Below, in pieces: positions 46,998-57,640 of a DNA stretch of 64,000 nucleotides. The position numbers and the translations under genes are program-made. How positions within the stretch are numbered: the first letter of the stretch is position 1; every line of letters begins with the position of its first letter. The stretch is from Candidatus Latescibacterota bacterium (GTDB lineage Bacteria; Latescibacterota; UBA2968; GCA-2709665), in the NCBI GenBank assembly GCA_965219455.1, contig OZ244744.1, positions 704,001-768,000 of the forward strand. Reading direction: 5' to 3'. Under the pieces are notes generated by a model. That model made no database searches and was not told where the DNA came from. It saw only the letters and a program-made list of their open reading frames with translations.

Positions 46998-49900
46998 TCA
47001 CACGTTATTCTTCTCACCCTCCGGCTCAATGCCAATCCAGCATAGGAGTTCTATATCCTCCAGCTGGATCGGCGGAAGCGGCGCCGGCGGCGAGGTCGGT
47101 TCGAGACCGGTTTCTAGTATTCGGTCGATCACGTAACCGGCGAGCGCCACTCCCGCGTATTCATCAGAATTGAACCAGCCACGAAGCATAATCTCCTCAC
47201 GCCGAGGCCAAGGTGATTCTAGAATGTCCAGGGCACGGTTAATACGTTCGTGAGGCAGATCCGGTGGCTGATTGGCGCGGATGAATTCGGCCACACGATG
47301 ATTTAAGGGCCGAACAGCCGGCTGCAAGTTGGCGGGATCGGTTTCGCGCATCCAACTGGCCAGGATGTCCTGCTGCGCGACTTCCCAGAAATCGTAGACG
47401 CGTTCCTGAAAGTCCTCGGGTTGCCAGAGGGGTGTGTTTTCGTCGCATTCAATGAACCGAAGGCACGTACCAAGCTCGCGGACGATAAAGTCGTGGTCGG
47501 TCCTGGGTTGCCAATCGGCGTCGGCAGATATGAAACGCAGGTATGTACGTTCATACTCTGTTTCTTTTCCAATGACCGCACAGAAGAACACGCCGCGGCG
47601 CGTACTCTTTATCATTCCCGACCCTATCTTCCACGGCAATCGCACAATGCGATCCCTGTTGGCGTCGAGTGCACGTCGCAGAGTTTGCCGATACTCCTCG
47701 CCGGTCTGGGCGGCGCCGGCACTGCCTCCGCGTTCAAAGATGGTCGCATCCTCTCTCATCAATTTCTCAATTTCTTCTCGAGTTTCAGTGAAAACCTGCT
47801 CTCCGTGCGCACCGCCTTCTATTGGGGCTGCGACACCGACACTCGCCGCCGCCATCGCGAGTTTGCCCAGAATGCGTTGTTCAAGATTCAATAACTGATC
47901 GAGGCGGTCAACCGGAAAGATCGTCCGGAGGAATACACGGTCGTGTGGACTACCGATCCGGTCGATACGTCCGTGGCGTTGTACGAGCCGCATCGGATTC
48001 CACGGCATGTCGTAATTGATGATGTGGCGGCACTGCTGCAAGTTAACGCCCTCGGCAAGCACGTCCGTAGCAATCATTACGTCGTAAAGATCTGCATCTT
48101 TACCGGCCGGCGCTTCCATTGATACAGGCGCAAATCCGTGTACCGCGTGCTGGCGAGAAGGCTCGTCCAAATCCCCCGAACCGCTCACAGCGACGATTCG
48201 ATTTTGGTATGGGCCGAGTTCGTGGCACCTGGCGACTTCACACTTCAGATAATCTCTAATCCAAGAGACGGTATCTTCAAAGAAAGAATATATAATAACC
48301 TTGCGCTTCTGCGACTCGTCCACGTCGCTTGAAGCCTCACGCTCTGCCTGTTCAACCACGTCAACGAGCGCGTCCGTCAACGCCCTTAGTTTGGGATCGC
48401 TTTCCGGTGCGATCGCACGCGCATCTTCAGCAAGACTGCGGAGAATGCCCCTGTCGCGCTTCACGGCTTGTCGCAGGCGACCGACATCGTAACGCGACGC
48501 ATCGCTTCGCTCGTCCGTCGCTTCGAGAAGATCCTCAAAAACGGTTTCATCGTCTCCTGAGATCTCTCGCAAAAATGCCGTCGTGACGAAGTATCCGGCA
48601 TCAAGGGAATCGAGAAAGACGTCGTGCTCGTCGGCCATCTTGTCAACAGTTTTACGGAACGCGAACGCCGAGGATTCGAACCGCTTCAGCAAGCCAGAGC
48701 GAAGAAGCCCAACCATCGCGCGAGCACGAGCATCTTCTTCCGCGTCGCCACCATCTCGCAGATAGGCTTCGGGCATATACCTTGCGAATGTGAGAGCACC
48801 TTCTTCATCCGAATCAAGCGCTTCTTCCAATCGGTCAAAAAAACCAGGCATCCTGTCTTCAAGCTCGTATCGGACACTGATCGCTGTGGGATGAGGAAAA
48901 ACGATGGGCTGCGGTCTGCCGTCTGGACCGGAAATGGTGTCTCCTGCGTAGTACTTCTTTACGAATTGGCGAGTCCTTTTCACGGTTGTAGCATCGATGA
49001 TTGGATATAGCACATCGGGGCTAAGGCTGGACGGGTCCGTACGCATTGCTTCTTCAAAGCGTTCCCGAATTGATAGAATGCCCCGGTCAGCAAGATGCGC
49101 GTCCTGACGAAGAAAGAACCGGATGAGATGGTAGAGATCCCAGAGGGAATTGTTGACTGGAGTTGCGGTGAGGAGGAGAAGGTCGCGCTTTTGTCCGAAA
49201 AGCAGCCAGCGCAATGCAGCGGCTCGTGTTGGCGCGTCCGGATTCCGATAATTGTGGGCTTCGTCGACGATGACAAGCTGATATTCTCTCAACGACCGCT
49301 GGAGGTGCTGCTGATCGGCGTTTGGACGGTGTCTATTCCTTAACTGGATATCTCCGGCCAGTTGTTCGAACGAAAGACATTCGACGAAGAGTTGGTAAGT
49401 ATTGATAAATCTTTTCCAGGTCGTGTCGCGCAGCGATGCCGGGCAAATCAACAAGGCGCGTTGGCGCCGTTCCTGATATCGCTGCAGAATCTCGCCGGCG
49501 ATGAAGGTCTTGCCTAAACCCACTTCGTCAGCGACAATGACACCGCCGGTTTCACGCATCAAGCGGAGTGCGCGAGCAACTCCATGTTTCTGAAAACTCG
49601 TCAGGGGGAGATTTTCATCGCTCTCGACATCGTCCTCGACCTCATCACCGTAGAGTTGCCAAAGTACGCGAACGAAAACATCCCACGGTGGTCGCGGTTG
49701 AAACACGACTTCGAACATTCCTACCAGGTCGTAGGGTTCCGCTTCGTCCCACAGTTCATTGAACCAATTCCTGGCTTTAGCGACGATGGGACCATCGAAG
49801 CGACCCAAGTTCAATTCAAGGTTTTGCGTAAGACCCGCTCCGGTCAGGTTGGAAGAACCGGCAATGATTCCCCTCGGTCCGCCAGAGGCTTCATCGGGCG

Positions 49901-50369
49901 ACGAGAAGATATATGCTTTTGCATGCAGAAATGCCTTCTCGTAACGCCTGACTTCCATGTTTCCGGCCCGAAGTGACTGGATGAGCTTGGACAGTGCTGT
50001 GCCGCTTGTTCTATTGAATGGCAGGCGATCGCGGTCTCGCTGCAGGCCCTCCGTCAGGTTTCGCAAGCCTGTCTCAACGCAACGCCTTTTGTACCCGTCT
50101 CGCGTCTCGTCAAGCCGTTTCCGGTATTCCAAAGCGCCCGTAGATAAATCCGCGCCAAGCAACAGGCGCACCTCAGGGATGGAGTGAAGGTGATCCGCGA
50201 TGTGTGCGAATCCGGTCGGACTAAAAAAAGCGGTCGCGATGTTGACTTGATCGGGTGTGCCGGCAGTTTCTGTCTTGCCAATCTCATCCGCAACGCCCAG
50301 CAGTGCCGCTAACGCATTCGCAAGCGTGTTGCCATCACGGTTGTCAATAAACGCGTGTTCCCGGGTCAC
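46998..50369 (-). CDS. PLD-nuclease + SNF2-family helicase
   Basis: HAKAY...GSSNLT...NLELN; ADEVGLGKT, DEAH, TATP, EGVNLQ, QRHGRIDR. Confidence 0.92.
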   Translation of the reverse strand: MTREHAFIDNRDGNTLANALAALLGVADEIGKTETAGTPDQVNIATAFFSPTGFAHIADHLHSIPEVRLLLGADLSTGALEYRKRLDETRDGYKRRCVETGLRNLTEGLQRDRDRLPFNRTSGTALSKLIQSLRAGNMEVRRYEKAFLHAKAYIFSSPDEASGGPRGIIAGSSNLTGAGLTQNLELNLGRFDGPIVAKARNWFNELWDEAEPYDLVGMFEVVFQPRPPWDVFVRVLWQLYGDEVEDDVESDENLPLTSFQKHGVARALRLMRETGGVIVADEVGLGKTFIAGEILQRYQERRQRALLICPASLRDTTWKRFINTYQLFVECLSFEQLAGDIQLRNRHRPNADQQHLQRSLREYQLVIVDEAHNYRNPDAPTRAAALRWLLFGQKRDLLLLTATPVNNSLWDLYHLIRFFLRQDAHLADRGILSIRERFEEAMRTDPSSLSPDVLYPIIDATTVKRTRQFVKKYYAGDTISGPDGRPQPIVFPHPTAISVRYELEDRMPGFFDRLEEALDSDEEGALTFARYMPEAYLRDGGDAEEDARARAMVGLLRSGLLKRFESSAFAFRKTVDKMADEHDVFLDSLDAGYFVTTAFLREISGDDETVFEDLLEATDERSDASRYDVGRLRQAVKRDRGILRSLAEDARAIAPESDPKLRALTDALVDVVEQAEREASSDVDESQKRKVIIYSFFEDTVSWIRDYLKCEVARCHELGPYQNRIVAVSGSGDLDEPSRQHAVHGFAPVSMEAPAGKDADLYDVMIATDVLAEGVNLQQCRHIINYDMPWNPMRLVQRHGRIDRIGSPHDRVFLRTIFPVDRLDQLLNLEQRILGKLAMAAASVGVAAPIEGGAHGEQVFTETREEIEKLMREDATIFERGGSAGAAQTGEEYRQTLRRALDANRDRIVRLPWKIGSGMIKSTRRGVFFCAVIGKETEYERTYLRFISADADWQPRTDHDFIVRELGTCLRFIECDENTPLWQPEDFQERVYDFWEVAQQDILASWMRETDPANLQPAVRPLNHRVAEFIRANQPPDLPHERINRALDILESPWPRREEIMLRGWFNSDEYAGVALAGYVIDRILETGLEPTSPPAPLPPIQLEDIELLCWIGIEPEGEKNNV

Positions 50370-50466
50370 AGCAGAGTCTCCAGAAAAAATCCAGCTTTCT
50401 CATCACGTCGCCACATTTCAAGGGGTGTCACACACCCCATGCCGTTCAAATCAACGGTGGATGGCT

Positions 50467-51873
50467 TTATAATTCCGTCGAGGTATTCCCCGTGTCCGCC
50501 AAGAATTCCCGTAACTGCTTCAGTTTTTCCAACAGTTCGTCAAAAGTCACGACTTCAACGTCCTTAGAATTACGGCGGAAGAGCTCGAAGGATTTCCTTT
50601 GATCTTTCTCGGACGGCGTAGTCCCTATTACTAAGCAGCAATTAACCGAATACGATTCAATATCGTCGATGTTGCTATTGTGCTTTATCTGGGCAATTTG
50701 ACTTTGAAATTGATATTTCTGATCAAGAGTCTGTGCGATTGATGCAGAGAGATCATTCGTTGGAGGGTAAACCCCTTCTCGGTACCGATTCTTTCTGATA
50801 AGCTTTGTCTGGGGCTTCTTAATCTCAATGATCGCTGTGTTATCTGTAAGACTGTTTTTAACTAGAAAATCAGCAATCTTGTCCCCTGATCCCGACAACT
50901 TGCGCCCGCCGACGGAAGCCTGATCTTGTACTTTTATTATCGGATAACCGAATACCAAACCTAATATGAACGGATTCTCGTTGAATAGTATTTGCCAGCT
51001 GGATTCACTTGCATTTCGCTTGGCCATTCCTTCATAGCGTTTAATGAATCGTTCTAAGGTAACCAGCTCGATTTCACCTTGAAGCTTTGCCAGTTTCTCC
51101 GGCTTTCCATCTGCAATAGCGCGCGAATTGTGTTCGATTGCTTTAAGCAACGCCTCTTGGTCTTCTTCTTGAAGAGCAGCATTTTCTCCTTGGGCAGCTG
51201 CTGCGAATAACTCGCGCAGTGGATGTCGTCCGCGCTTAATAGGTCGTTCTCGACTTCCAATCGTCTTCGCCACTATGTTGTAGGCAGTATTCTCCTTGAC
51301 AGTAAGCGCGGCATCCTGAGTGTGAGCTGTAATCCTGTTTAGACTTTTTCTAACCTCTTCGAAAACAGCATGTGCAATGGAAATGGTCTTGTCATGCTGT
51401 TTAACACGGGTCGGTATGGATTTTACGATTACGATTTCTTGGCAGTCTGTAAGATCCTCGATAGCTTCCACAAGAAATCTATACTCATATTTAAAGCCCA
51501 ACCCGAGTCGGAAATCTTTCTTAAAGCCGGCGGGCAGATGAGTAAGCAAATGCTGTATCCCATTTTCGGAGATTTCTTCCACGCGAGGCAGTGGAAATCC
51601 ATCTAAACTGATCCTCCTTATCTTTCGGTGCGCCGGCTTAAACTTGCCTAGCTCGCTGCCTGGCGCACGAGTTGGTGTGACGCTAATTGATCCGTCGAGA
51701 TTATTGAATTCCATCAACTTAATAGTAAACTCAGCGCCTTTGCCTTCGCTCGCTGGCTGCTGAAATGGTGGCTCCCGGGGAACATAGAACACCTCAAAGC
51801 ATTCGCAAGACGTCTGCTCTATTACTAGATCCCCAAGCTTGAAGCCTTTCGCCAGTAAATCACGTATTGACAT
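50467..51873 (-). CDS. sduA: Shedu anti-phage nuclease SduA (DUF4263)
   Basis: ESSWQILFNENPFIL, IADFL, IIEIKKP, Q..DQ, LVIG, TFDELL; lower GC than neighbours. Confidence 0.9.
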   Translation of the reverse strand: MSIRDLLAKGFKLGDLVIEQTSCECFEVFYVPREPPFQQPASEGKGAEFTIKLMEFNNLDGSISVTPTRAPGSELGKFKPAHRKIRRISLDGFPLPRVEEISENGIQHLLTHLPAGFKKDFRLGLGFKYEYRFLVEAIEDLTDCQEIVIVKSIPTRVKQHDKTISIAHAVFEEVRKSLNRITAHTQDAALTVKENTAYNIVAKTIGSRERPIKRGRHPLRELFAAAAQGENAALQEEDQEALLKAIEHNSRAIADGKPEKLAKLQGEIELVTLERFIKRYEGMAKRNASESSWQILFNENPFILGLVFGYPIIKVQDQASVGGRKLSGSGDKIADFLVKNSLTDNTAIIEIKKPQTKLIRKNRYREGVYPPTNDLSASIAQTLDQKYQFQSQIAQIKHNSNIDDIESYSVNCCLVIGTTPSEKDQRKSFELFRRNSKDVEVVTFDELLEKLKQLREFLADTGNTSTEL

Positions 51874-52365
51874 AAACCGACCTTATCCCTTCGATTGTCA
51901 TTGACTCGGACATTGATGTAGACGCAACCATTCCCCCTCGGAGTAAGTTCCATCTCCGACAAGGCTTGGTGACTTGCCACGAAGTTGCAAACGATCACAC
52001 AAAGTCGACTCAAAGAAACCCGATCGTCTGGATAAGCGTAGTTTCCGTCCGAACGTACGAATCAAGAGGGTACTGCCTTTGCGTCGAACTGCTCGTGTCT
52101 CCGCCATTGGACGGCAATCGACACCGCCAGCGCATTCGACGTTCTATTTGCGAACCAGTTTGACACCGTCGTCAGAATTGAGAGTGTGTCCGCCGTAAGC
52201 TACTCCCTCGTGAAGGCGATGTAATCCGACCAATAGGCAAAACCGGGATTGGCTACTCTGGACTGCTTGACACATTCCGACTCGGTAATCTCGTCACCAG
52301 AACTTTATCCTTCAAACAGAACCGCTAGCGCGCCCGACGAGACGCCAAAGGTTCGCCATCGACGC

Positions 52366-55300
52366 TTAGCGCCGTTTGTGGCTCCTCAATGCTTGGAAGT
52401 GGCGTCGCACTCCGTCGAGACGCGCCTGATAGTCCCATCCTTCGTGGAAGGTCTCGAAGATATGAACGAGTTGGGATTCGCTCAAACCGTACAGATGGGC
52501 GACCACGGCGTCCAACTCGTGGATCATGTCCTCCTTCTCATCGGCGCCGAGGGGACCCCAGTCGACCCCTACGGCTTGTGCCCAGTCAGCGAACCTCCCG
52601 TCAGGGCAGGCAAGACGACCCGCTAGTTGCACGGCACACTGCCAAAGTGTGCTCTTGCGGTCGGGACGAGGAATTGGAAACGGGTTGATAATGAAAAAGT
52701 TGAGATTTACCTCAACAAAGCGCCGTGCATACCAATCAAGAGGGATGGATGATAGGATACCTAGCAAAAACGCCTTATCCTGTTCGTCCCCACGTGGCCA
52801 GAGGAAATATGGCGCAGCGTTTGTGATAAACACATCCGATGGAACGAGGGCTACCCGGACCGTTCTGGAGTCGGTGGCTCTAGCGACGTTTCTAAAAGCT
52901 ATTCTTGGAATGAAACAGGCAAGGGTCTTTCGATTGCGCAAATAATGAGGTAGAAACTCACTATGAGCGCTGTCGCGCCTTCTGTTGCCAGACTTTAGGC
53001 GCTTGGATTGAAGCCACTGGATCACCGGTTTTGGATCCGCCCATGCGTAGTAGGTGCCCGTGTCCGGAATCCACAGATCGAAGGACTCGCCTTTGTAAAC
53101 AGGCCAGTATCCGTCCGGGCAATCCTCGCTACTCAGGTCCATAAGGTTTTTTTGGTTGGTTGCATCAAGCTCCCGGTCCGGCCGAGCTCTCCAGTGTGGC
53201 TCCATATCTAGGTCGAGCCGCGGATGCTTTCGAAGTTGTACGAATATCTCTATTGATTCGTCGTTCGGTAACAGTGGCAGCGAGGCACTGTCATTCCAGT
53301 TGCGCACCTCCGTATTGTAGAACGCGGCAGTCTCTTTGACGACTCCATCGTCGAAACCGGCTTTAGTCGAATAAGGACCGTGCAATCGGATGGATTTTTT
53401 CCACGGTGTACCGCGCACACTAGACACAAGACCAATCGAGTATTGTGGATGTACGTCTGGGAATACCCAATGCCGGTTATTGACCAACGTGGTCACATTG
53501 ACGGACGCGGAGCCACCTAGAAGGGCACGCCGGAAGTCTGCGGATCCTTTTGCGGCAAGCGCACCACGTGGAAGAACGACCCCAATCCTTCCTTTTTCGG
53601 GTACTGTCAGGTGCCAGAACCTCCAGCAAAACGCCTTGTAAAGGTCGGGATCTCCTGTGCTCATACCACTATAGTTGCCACTCACCAGTGCTTTGCGCAT
53701 ATGTTCACACTCCGCCAATTCCTCCTCATAGAGCGACACGAGGTCAGGGCGTTCTTGACGTAGCCTTTCCTGCTCCAACACTTGCCTGCGTTGCGAAAGG
53801 GATCGCAGACCTGGGAAATGGCGAGTCCAGAAGGACCTTTCTTCTGCCCTTTGCTCCTGCCACGGCGGGTTGCCGAGGATCACATCGAAACCATGCCTTT
53901 CGCGAAGGAAGACTTCCGGAAAAGCCACGGGAAAGTGGAGAGCCTCTAGGGCATCCAGATCTCGTCGCGCTGTGCGTACACTCTCCAGAGCAGACGCGTT
54001 GTCCGCGATCTGTTCCCAAGTCTCAAGGGGGAAACGTGTAACCGCTGGGTCGTGGGAAATGTACCGCGCTACAAGTAAATCGCAAAGCGCTCTTGTGTTC
54101 CGGATGGCCTCTTTGGCTTCGATTACCGCATCTCGCGCAGCCGAGATGTCATCCAGAGACGCGTCGTTAAGATTGGCAAGCCTCGTCAGTGGCTTAGCGG
54201 CTCGTCCGAGCAAGGCATCTGCATCGAGAAAAGCAAGTATATTCTGAATCCCCGGATCGTCAGCAGTATATTCCTGATACCTCTGCCTTATTTCATCGAG
54301 CGTGCCAATACCGACAAGTGAGTTGCCCTGAACCAGATTGTGATCCAAAAAGGAGAGGGGCAATCCGGGTACGAAGGTGTGAATCCACACAGCCAGCCGC
54401 CCAAGTTGCACCGAAAGTCTGTTTAGATCGACGCCATAGATGCAGCGTCGAGCGATCAGGCGCCGCAACAACTGACCGTCCTCGATCGTCGTGCTTTCCC
54501 CAAGATCTCCTAGCTCTCGGATCGCAACCGTTTTTAGATCCGCGAGTTCACGGCGAACCCCGGGCAAATTGCGGGAAGCCATATACCCAGCCATGCGTTT
54601 CTCAATGTGGTCAATCGCCCCAATGAGGAAATGGCCCGAACCCATCGCGATATCCGCTACGCGAAAGTCGAAGAATGCCTTGGCTGCGTTCGCGTCATCC
54701 ATCTCATCAAGGCGCTTAAGATGATCGGCAAGGGCGGGCTCCAACGCCCCATTCAGCAAATGTTCTACAGCGAAGGGCTTGGTGTAGTAACTTCCAGAAG
54801 ATTTGCGAGCGCCCGACCGGTTGTGCAGATACGTTTCGCCGGTCGATACGTTAGGTTCCTCCATTTGGCTCACAGGCGCATACACGAATTCGCCCTTTTT
54901 CTTCTTTAGGACAAGATCGCATTCGGCAACTGCCAACTCCGATTCGAGGAGGCCTTCGTAAATTGTGCCGAATTCGCGCACACCCAGCGAGCGAAAGTCG
55001 ACAGGTCCTGGAACACCCTCCGATGTCTCGATCACCATCAGATGACGAAGTGCGCTCTCGAACCTCTCATTCGGTAGAGTAAGGGTAGCGAGTTCCGCTC
55101 CTGTCGGCGACACGGCGATGTCACTGTCGAAGAGGCCCCCGTTGTAGGCTGGTACCCCCCATTCTGTATTACCATGGGCAATCGCCTCCCAAAGCAGATT
55201 CGTTTCCTGCCAGTGGGCACTTCCAGATGCAATCGGCGTTTCAGTTGCGACGGCATTGGCGAGTTCCTGCGCTTTTTGCTTCAGCGACCGACGCCGATAT

Positions 55301-56433
55301 GCGTCATTGAACCGATAGGGCAGCAGATCGCGGTCTTCCGCGTACGCGATGAATAGCAATCGAAAGAGCACTGTCAGTGCCATTTCGTACGTGACGTGAA
55401 GATCCTGTGGCCGAGGTTGTTCGATGCCCCGAGCGTCTGCAATACCCCGGGCAAGTTCTGGGACCACGTGGTCGTAAATTCGCTCCCGAAGCCGCTCTGC
55501 CAGATCCCCTGCGAAGCGCTGGGATCCTTCCATGGCCTGTCGCAAGCTACCGTCCGGAGTAAGTGCCTCAGCAGAATAGAGCAGCCAGAGATATGCGAGG
55601 TGTGCTTCAGCGAGTAACGAAGGTTGACACTCTATATAGGTTTCTGTTCGTCCGCGACGACCGACCCCGGCGTGAACATCAGTAGCGTAAAGGCGAATAC
55701 GGCTGCCGTGAGTTAGCACGACCCAAGGCAGATTCTCATCGTCAGCCTTTTTCAGGGCGTAGCTTATAGGCGACAGGCTGTTAAACCGTTCGGAGCCGGC
55801 TTCCGCCGCCTCGCTTTCCCGCAACATAACGGCGAGCGCGGTGCGACGGTCGCCGCTGCGCAGAAGACTGGTCAGATTGTCAAGTGGCTCCACCGAGAAG
55901 CCAAGGCCATTCAGCAACTCCCCGTCTCGCTTGTTCAGTACCCCGGCGGCCTTGTGCGCCGCCTCGGACCAGTCCTGGCGCTCCGGTACGCCCCGCTCCA
56001 ACTCGTGAAGGGCGAGCAACCCTTCGTTATTGAGACCCGGAAGGGCCGTTTCCAACGACGGAAGGGCTTGCGACAAGAACAGAAGCGCCGCGTGTCTATC
56101 CGGCTGGGCTAGGGCCTCACGGCATAGGCGTTCAACCTGGCCGATCTCCATTTCGGGATATACCGGCGGTGACTCTCCGGTAGGGCCACACAATGTGGCC
56201 CTACCGGAATGCAGTACTACAAGAAGCACGGGAGCCGCACGCCCGCCCTTCCGGGTCTTCCAACAGGCGACTATTGCCGCGCGAGCGGACGGCTTTGCCG
56301 CCACTGCAACCGCAACCTCAATGGCATTCGAACCGTTGCCGACGAACAGTCCAGCGGGCTGAAGCCCGGACTTCACATCGGTCGACCACGGTCGTGAAAT
56401 TATATTGGTAAGAAACTCGATTTCTACGGACAT
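52366..56433 (-). CDS. Eco57I-like (type IIG/PglX-like) N6-adenine DNA methyltransferase with TRD
   Basis: RLLFIAYAEDR, YNGGLF, GSYYT, DIAMGSGHFL, YGVD, GNPPW, FRNVARATDSRT. Confidence 0.92.
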   Translation of the reverse strand: MSVEIEFLTNIISRPWSTDVKSGLQPAGLFVGNGSNAIEVAVAVAAKPSARAAIVACWKTRKGGRAAPVLLVVLHSGRATLCGPTGESPPVYPEMEIGQVERLCREALAQPDRHAALLFLSQALPSLETALPGLNNEGLLALHELERGVPERQDWSEAAHKAAGVLNKRDGELLNGLGFSVEPLDNLTSLLRSGDRRTALAVMLRESEAAEAGSERFNSLSPISYALKKADDENLPWVVLTHGSRIRLYATDVHAGVGRRGRTETYIECQPSLLAEAHLAYLWLLYSAEALTPDGSLRQAMEGSQRFAGDLAERLRERIYDHVVPELARGIADARGIEQPRPQDLHVTYEMALTVLFRLLFIAYAEDRDLLPYRFNDAYRRRSLKQKAQELANAVATETPIASGSAHWQETNLLWEAIAHGNTEWGVPAYNGGLFDSDIAVSPTGAELATLTLPNERFESALRHLMVIETSEGVPGPVDFRSLGVREFGTIYEGLLESELAVAECDLVLKKKKGEFVYAPVSQMEEPNVSTGETYLHNRSGARKSSGSYYTKPFAVEHLLNGALEPALADHLKRLDEMDDANAAKAFFDFRVADIAMGSGHFLIGAIDHIEKRMAGYMASRNLPGVRRELADLKTVAIRELGDLGESTTIEDGQLLRRLIARRCIYGVDLNRLSVQLGRLAVWIHTFVPGLPLSFLDHNLVQGNSLVGIGTLDEIRQRYQEYTADDPGIQNILAFLDADALLGRAAKPLTRLANLNDASLDDISAARDAVIEAKEAIRNTRALCDLLVARYISHDPAVTRFPLETWEQIADNASALESVRTARRDLDALEALHFPVAFPEVFLRERHGFDVILGNPPWQEQRAEERSFWTRHFPGLRSLSQRRQVLEQERLRQERPDLVSLYEEELAECEHMRKALVSGNYSGMSTGDPDLYKAFCWRFWHLTVPEKGRIGVVLPRGALAAKGSADFRRALLGGSASVNVTTLVNNRHWVFPDVHPQYSIGLVSSVRGTPWKKSIRLHGPYSTKAGFDDGVVKETAAFYNTEVRNWNDSASLPLLPNDESIEIFVQLRKHPRLDLDMEPHWRARPDRELDATNQKNLMDLSSEDCPDGYWPVYKGESFDLWIPDTGTYYAWADPKPVIQWLQSKRLKSGNRRRDSAHSEFLPHYLRNRKTLACFIPRIAFRNVARATDSRTVRVALVPSDVFITNAAPYFLWPRGDEQDKAFLLGILSSIPLDWYARRFVEVNLNFFIINPFPIPRPDRKSTLWQCAVQLAGRLACPDGRFADWAQAVGVDWGPLGADEKEDMIHELDAVVAHLYGLSESQLVHIFETFHEGWDYQARLDGVRRHFQALRSHKRR

Positions 56434-57640
56434 AATTTTCCGATTGCCCTCGTCTATTTCTCGTTGTGAGCAGTGTACCGTTAGTCGTTAAGTTCCGCCA
56501 GATATTTACCGAAATTTAACACTCCACTTGACTCGAATATACTCTTCCAGATATCGTCCATCTCGATCTGACCGCGAGCGTTGAGGACATGGATTGCGTA
56601 TAGATGCTCGGTCTTCAGGGCACATATCTCGCTCAATTCTGAGGCTGTCCTCCAATTGTCACTGAATGCGTCTGGGCGGTCGTGGACCGGCTTCTCAACT
56701 GCGCTATTGCCAACAAATATGCCCTTGTATTTCTTTTGTCTTTTGGTGCGTCCGCGATCGATCCACTCCAATAGCTGTTTCCTGCCATCCTCGCCAAACT
56801 GATCCCGTCGGGTACTCTTAATTTCAAGGACACCCTCGTATGTCTTATCGCCCACTTTAACAACCAGCCAGCCGTCCTCTTTTCCCTTTTCTTTTGGATC
56901 CTCCACGTCAGCGCCCAAACTGCGCAGGGTGTCTCTTACTATCGGTTCAAGCGCGTATTCTTTCTCATATAGCAGCTTAAGACATTCTCGACAATTCGTT
57001 CTCTCGAAATTTGCCAATTCCAGATTATTGTTCAACGCAGAAAGCTCTGTCTCAATTCTCGTGATATCATCGTCAACTTTGTCTTGTCCCGGGGCCATAT
57101 ACTCGCTTAGCCACTTTGGCTCCGGCAGGTCTGTTTCGATTCCGATGCACGAAAGCATCAACTGTATGGTCTCTTCCTCTGAAACGGATAGTTCAGGAAG
57201 AAATACCAACGGACCGAACTCATTGTCGTCGTAAAACAAATGGAGTGTGAATGCGAGTGCGTATTTGTATCGGTTTCTGCAGAAGACATCTCGTCTGAGT
57301 TCAAACTTGCCTTGCGCGGACTGTTTGACGTATTTACCAATCGTTTCGTAGTCTAATTCCGCCCGAAACAGTGAGTAATTCCATTTGGAAAATCTCGCGA
57401 TATATTCAGAATACTGTTCGCTTCGATAGTCGAATAAATGGGTTATCGTGTCACCTGCATTAGAATCCCACATAAATTTCACGCCAGTCCACTCCAAGAA
57501 TGGAGCGGCGTCTTGTTGCTCTCCTACGTTCACGTTGTTCCCTTGATTCTGCGGAGAATCGACTAGCGAAGTATTAAACCGCGGGTCTCCGACTACGAAG
57601 ATCGATCCGCCGTTTATGAGAATATCGATGGTACCACTAA

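Noticed and set aside
46998-56433. Calling the island BREX or DISARM
   Set aside because: No pglZ, brxC, drmA or drmB recognised in the window
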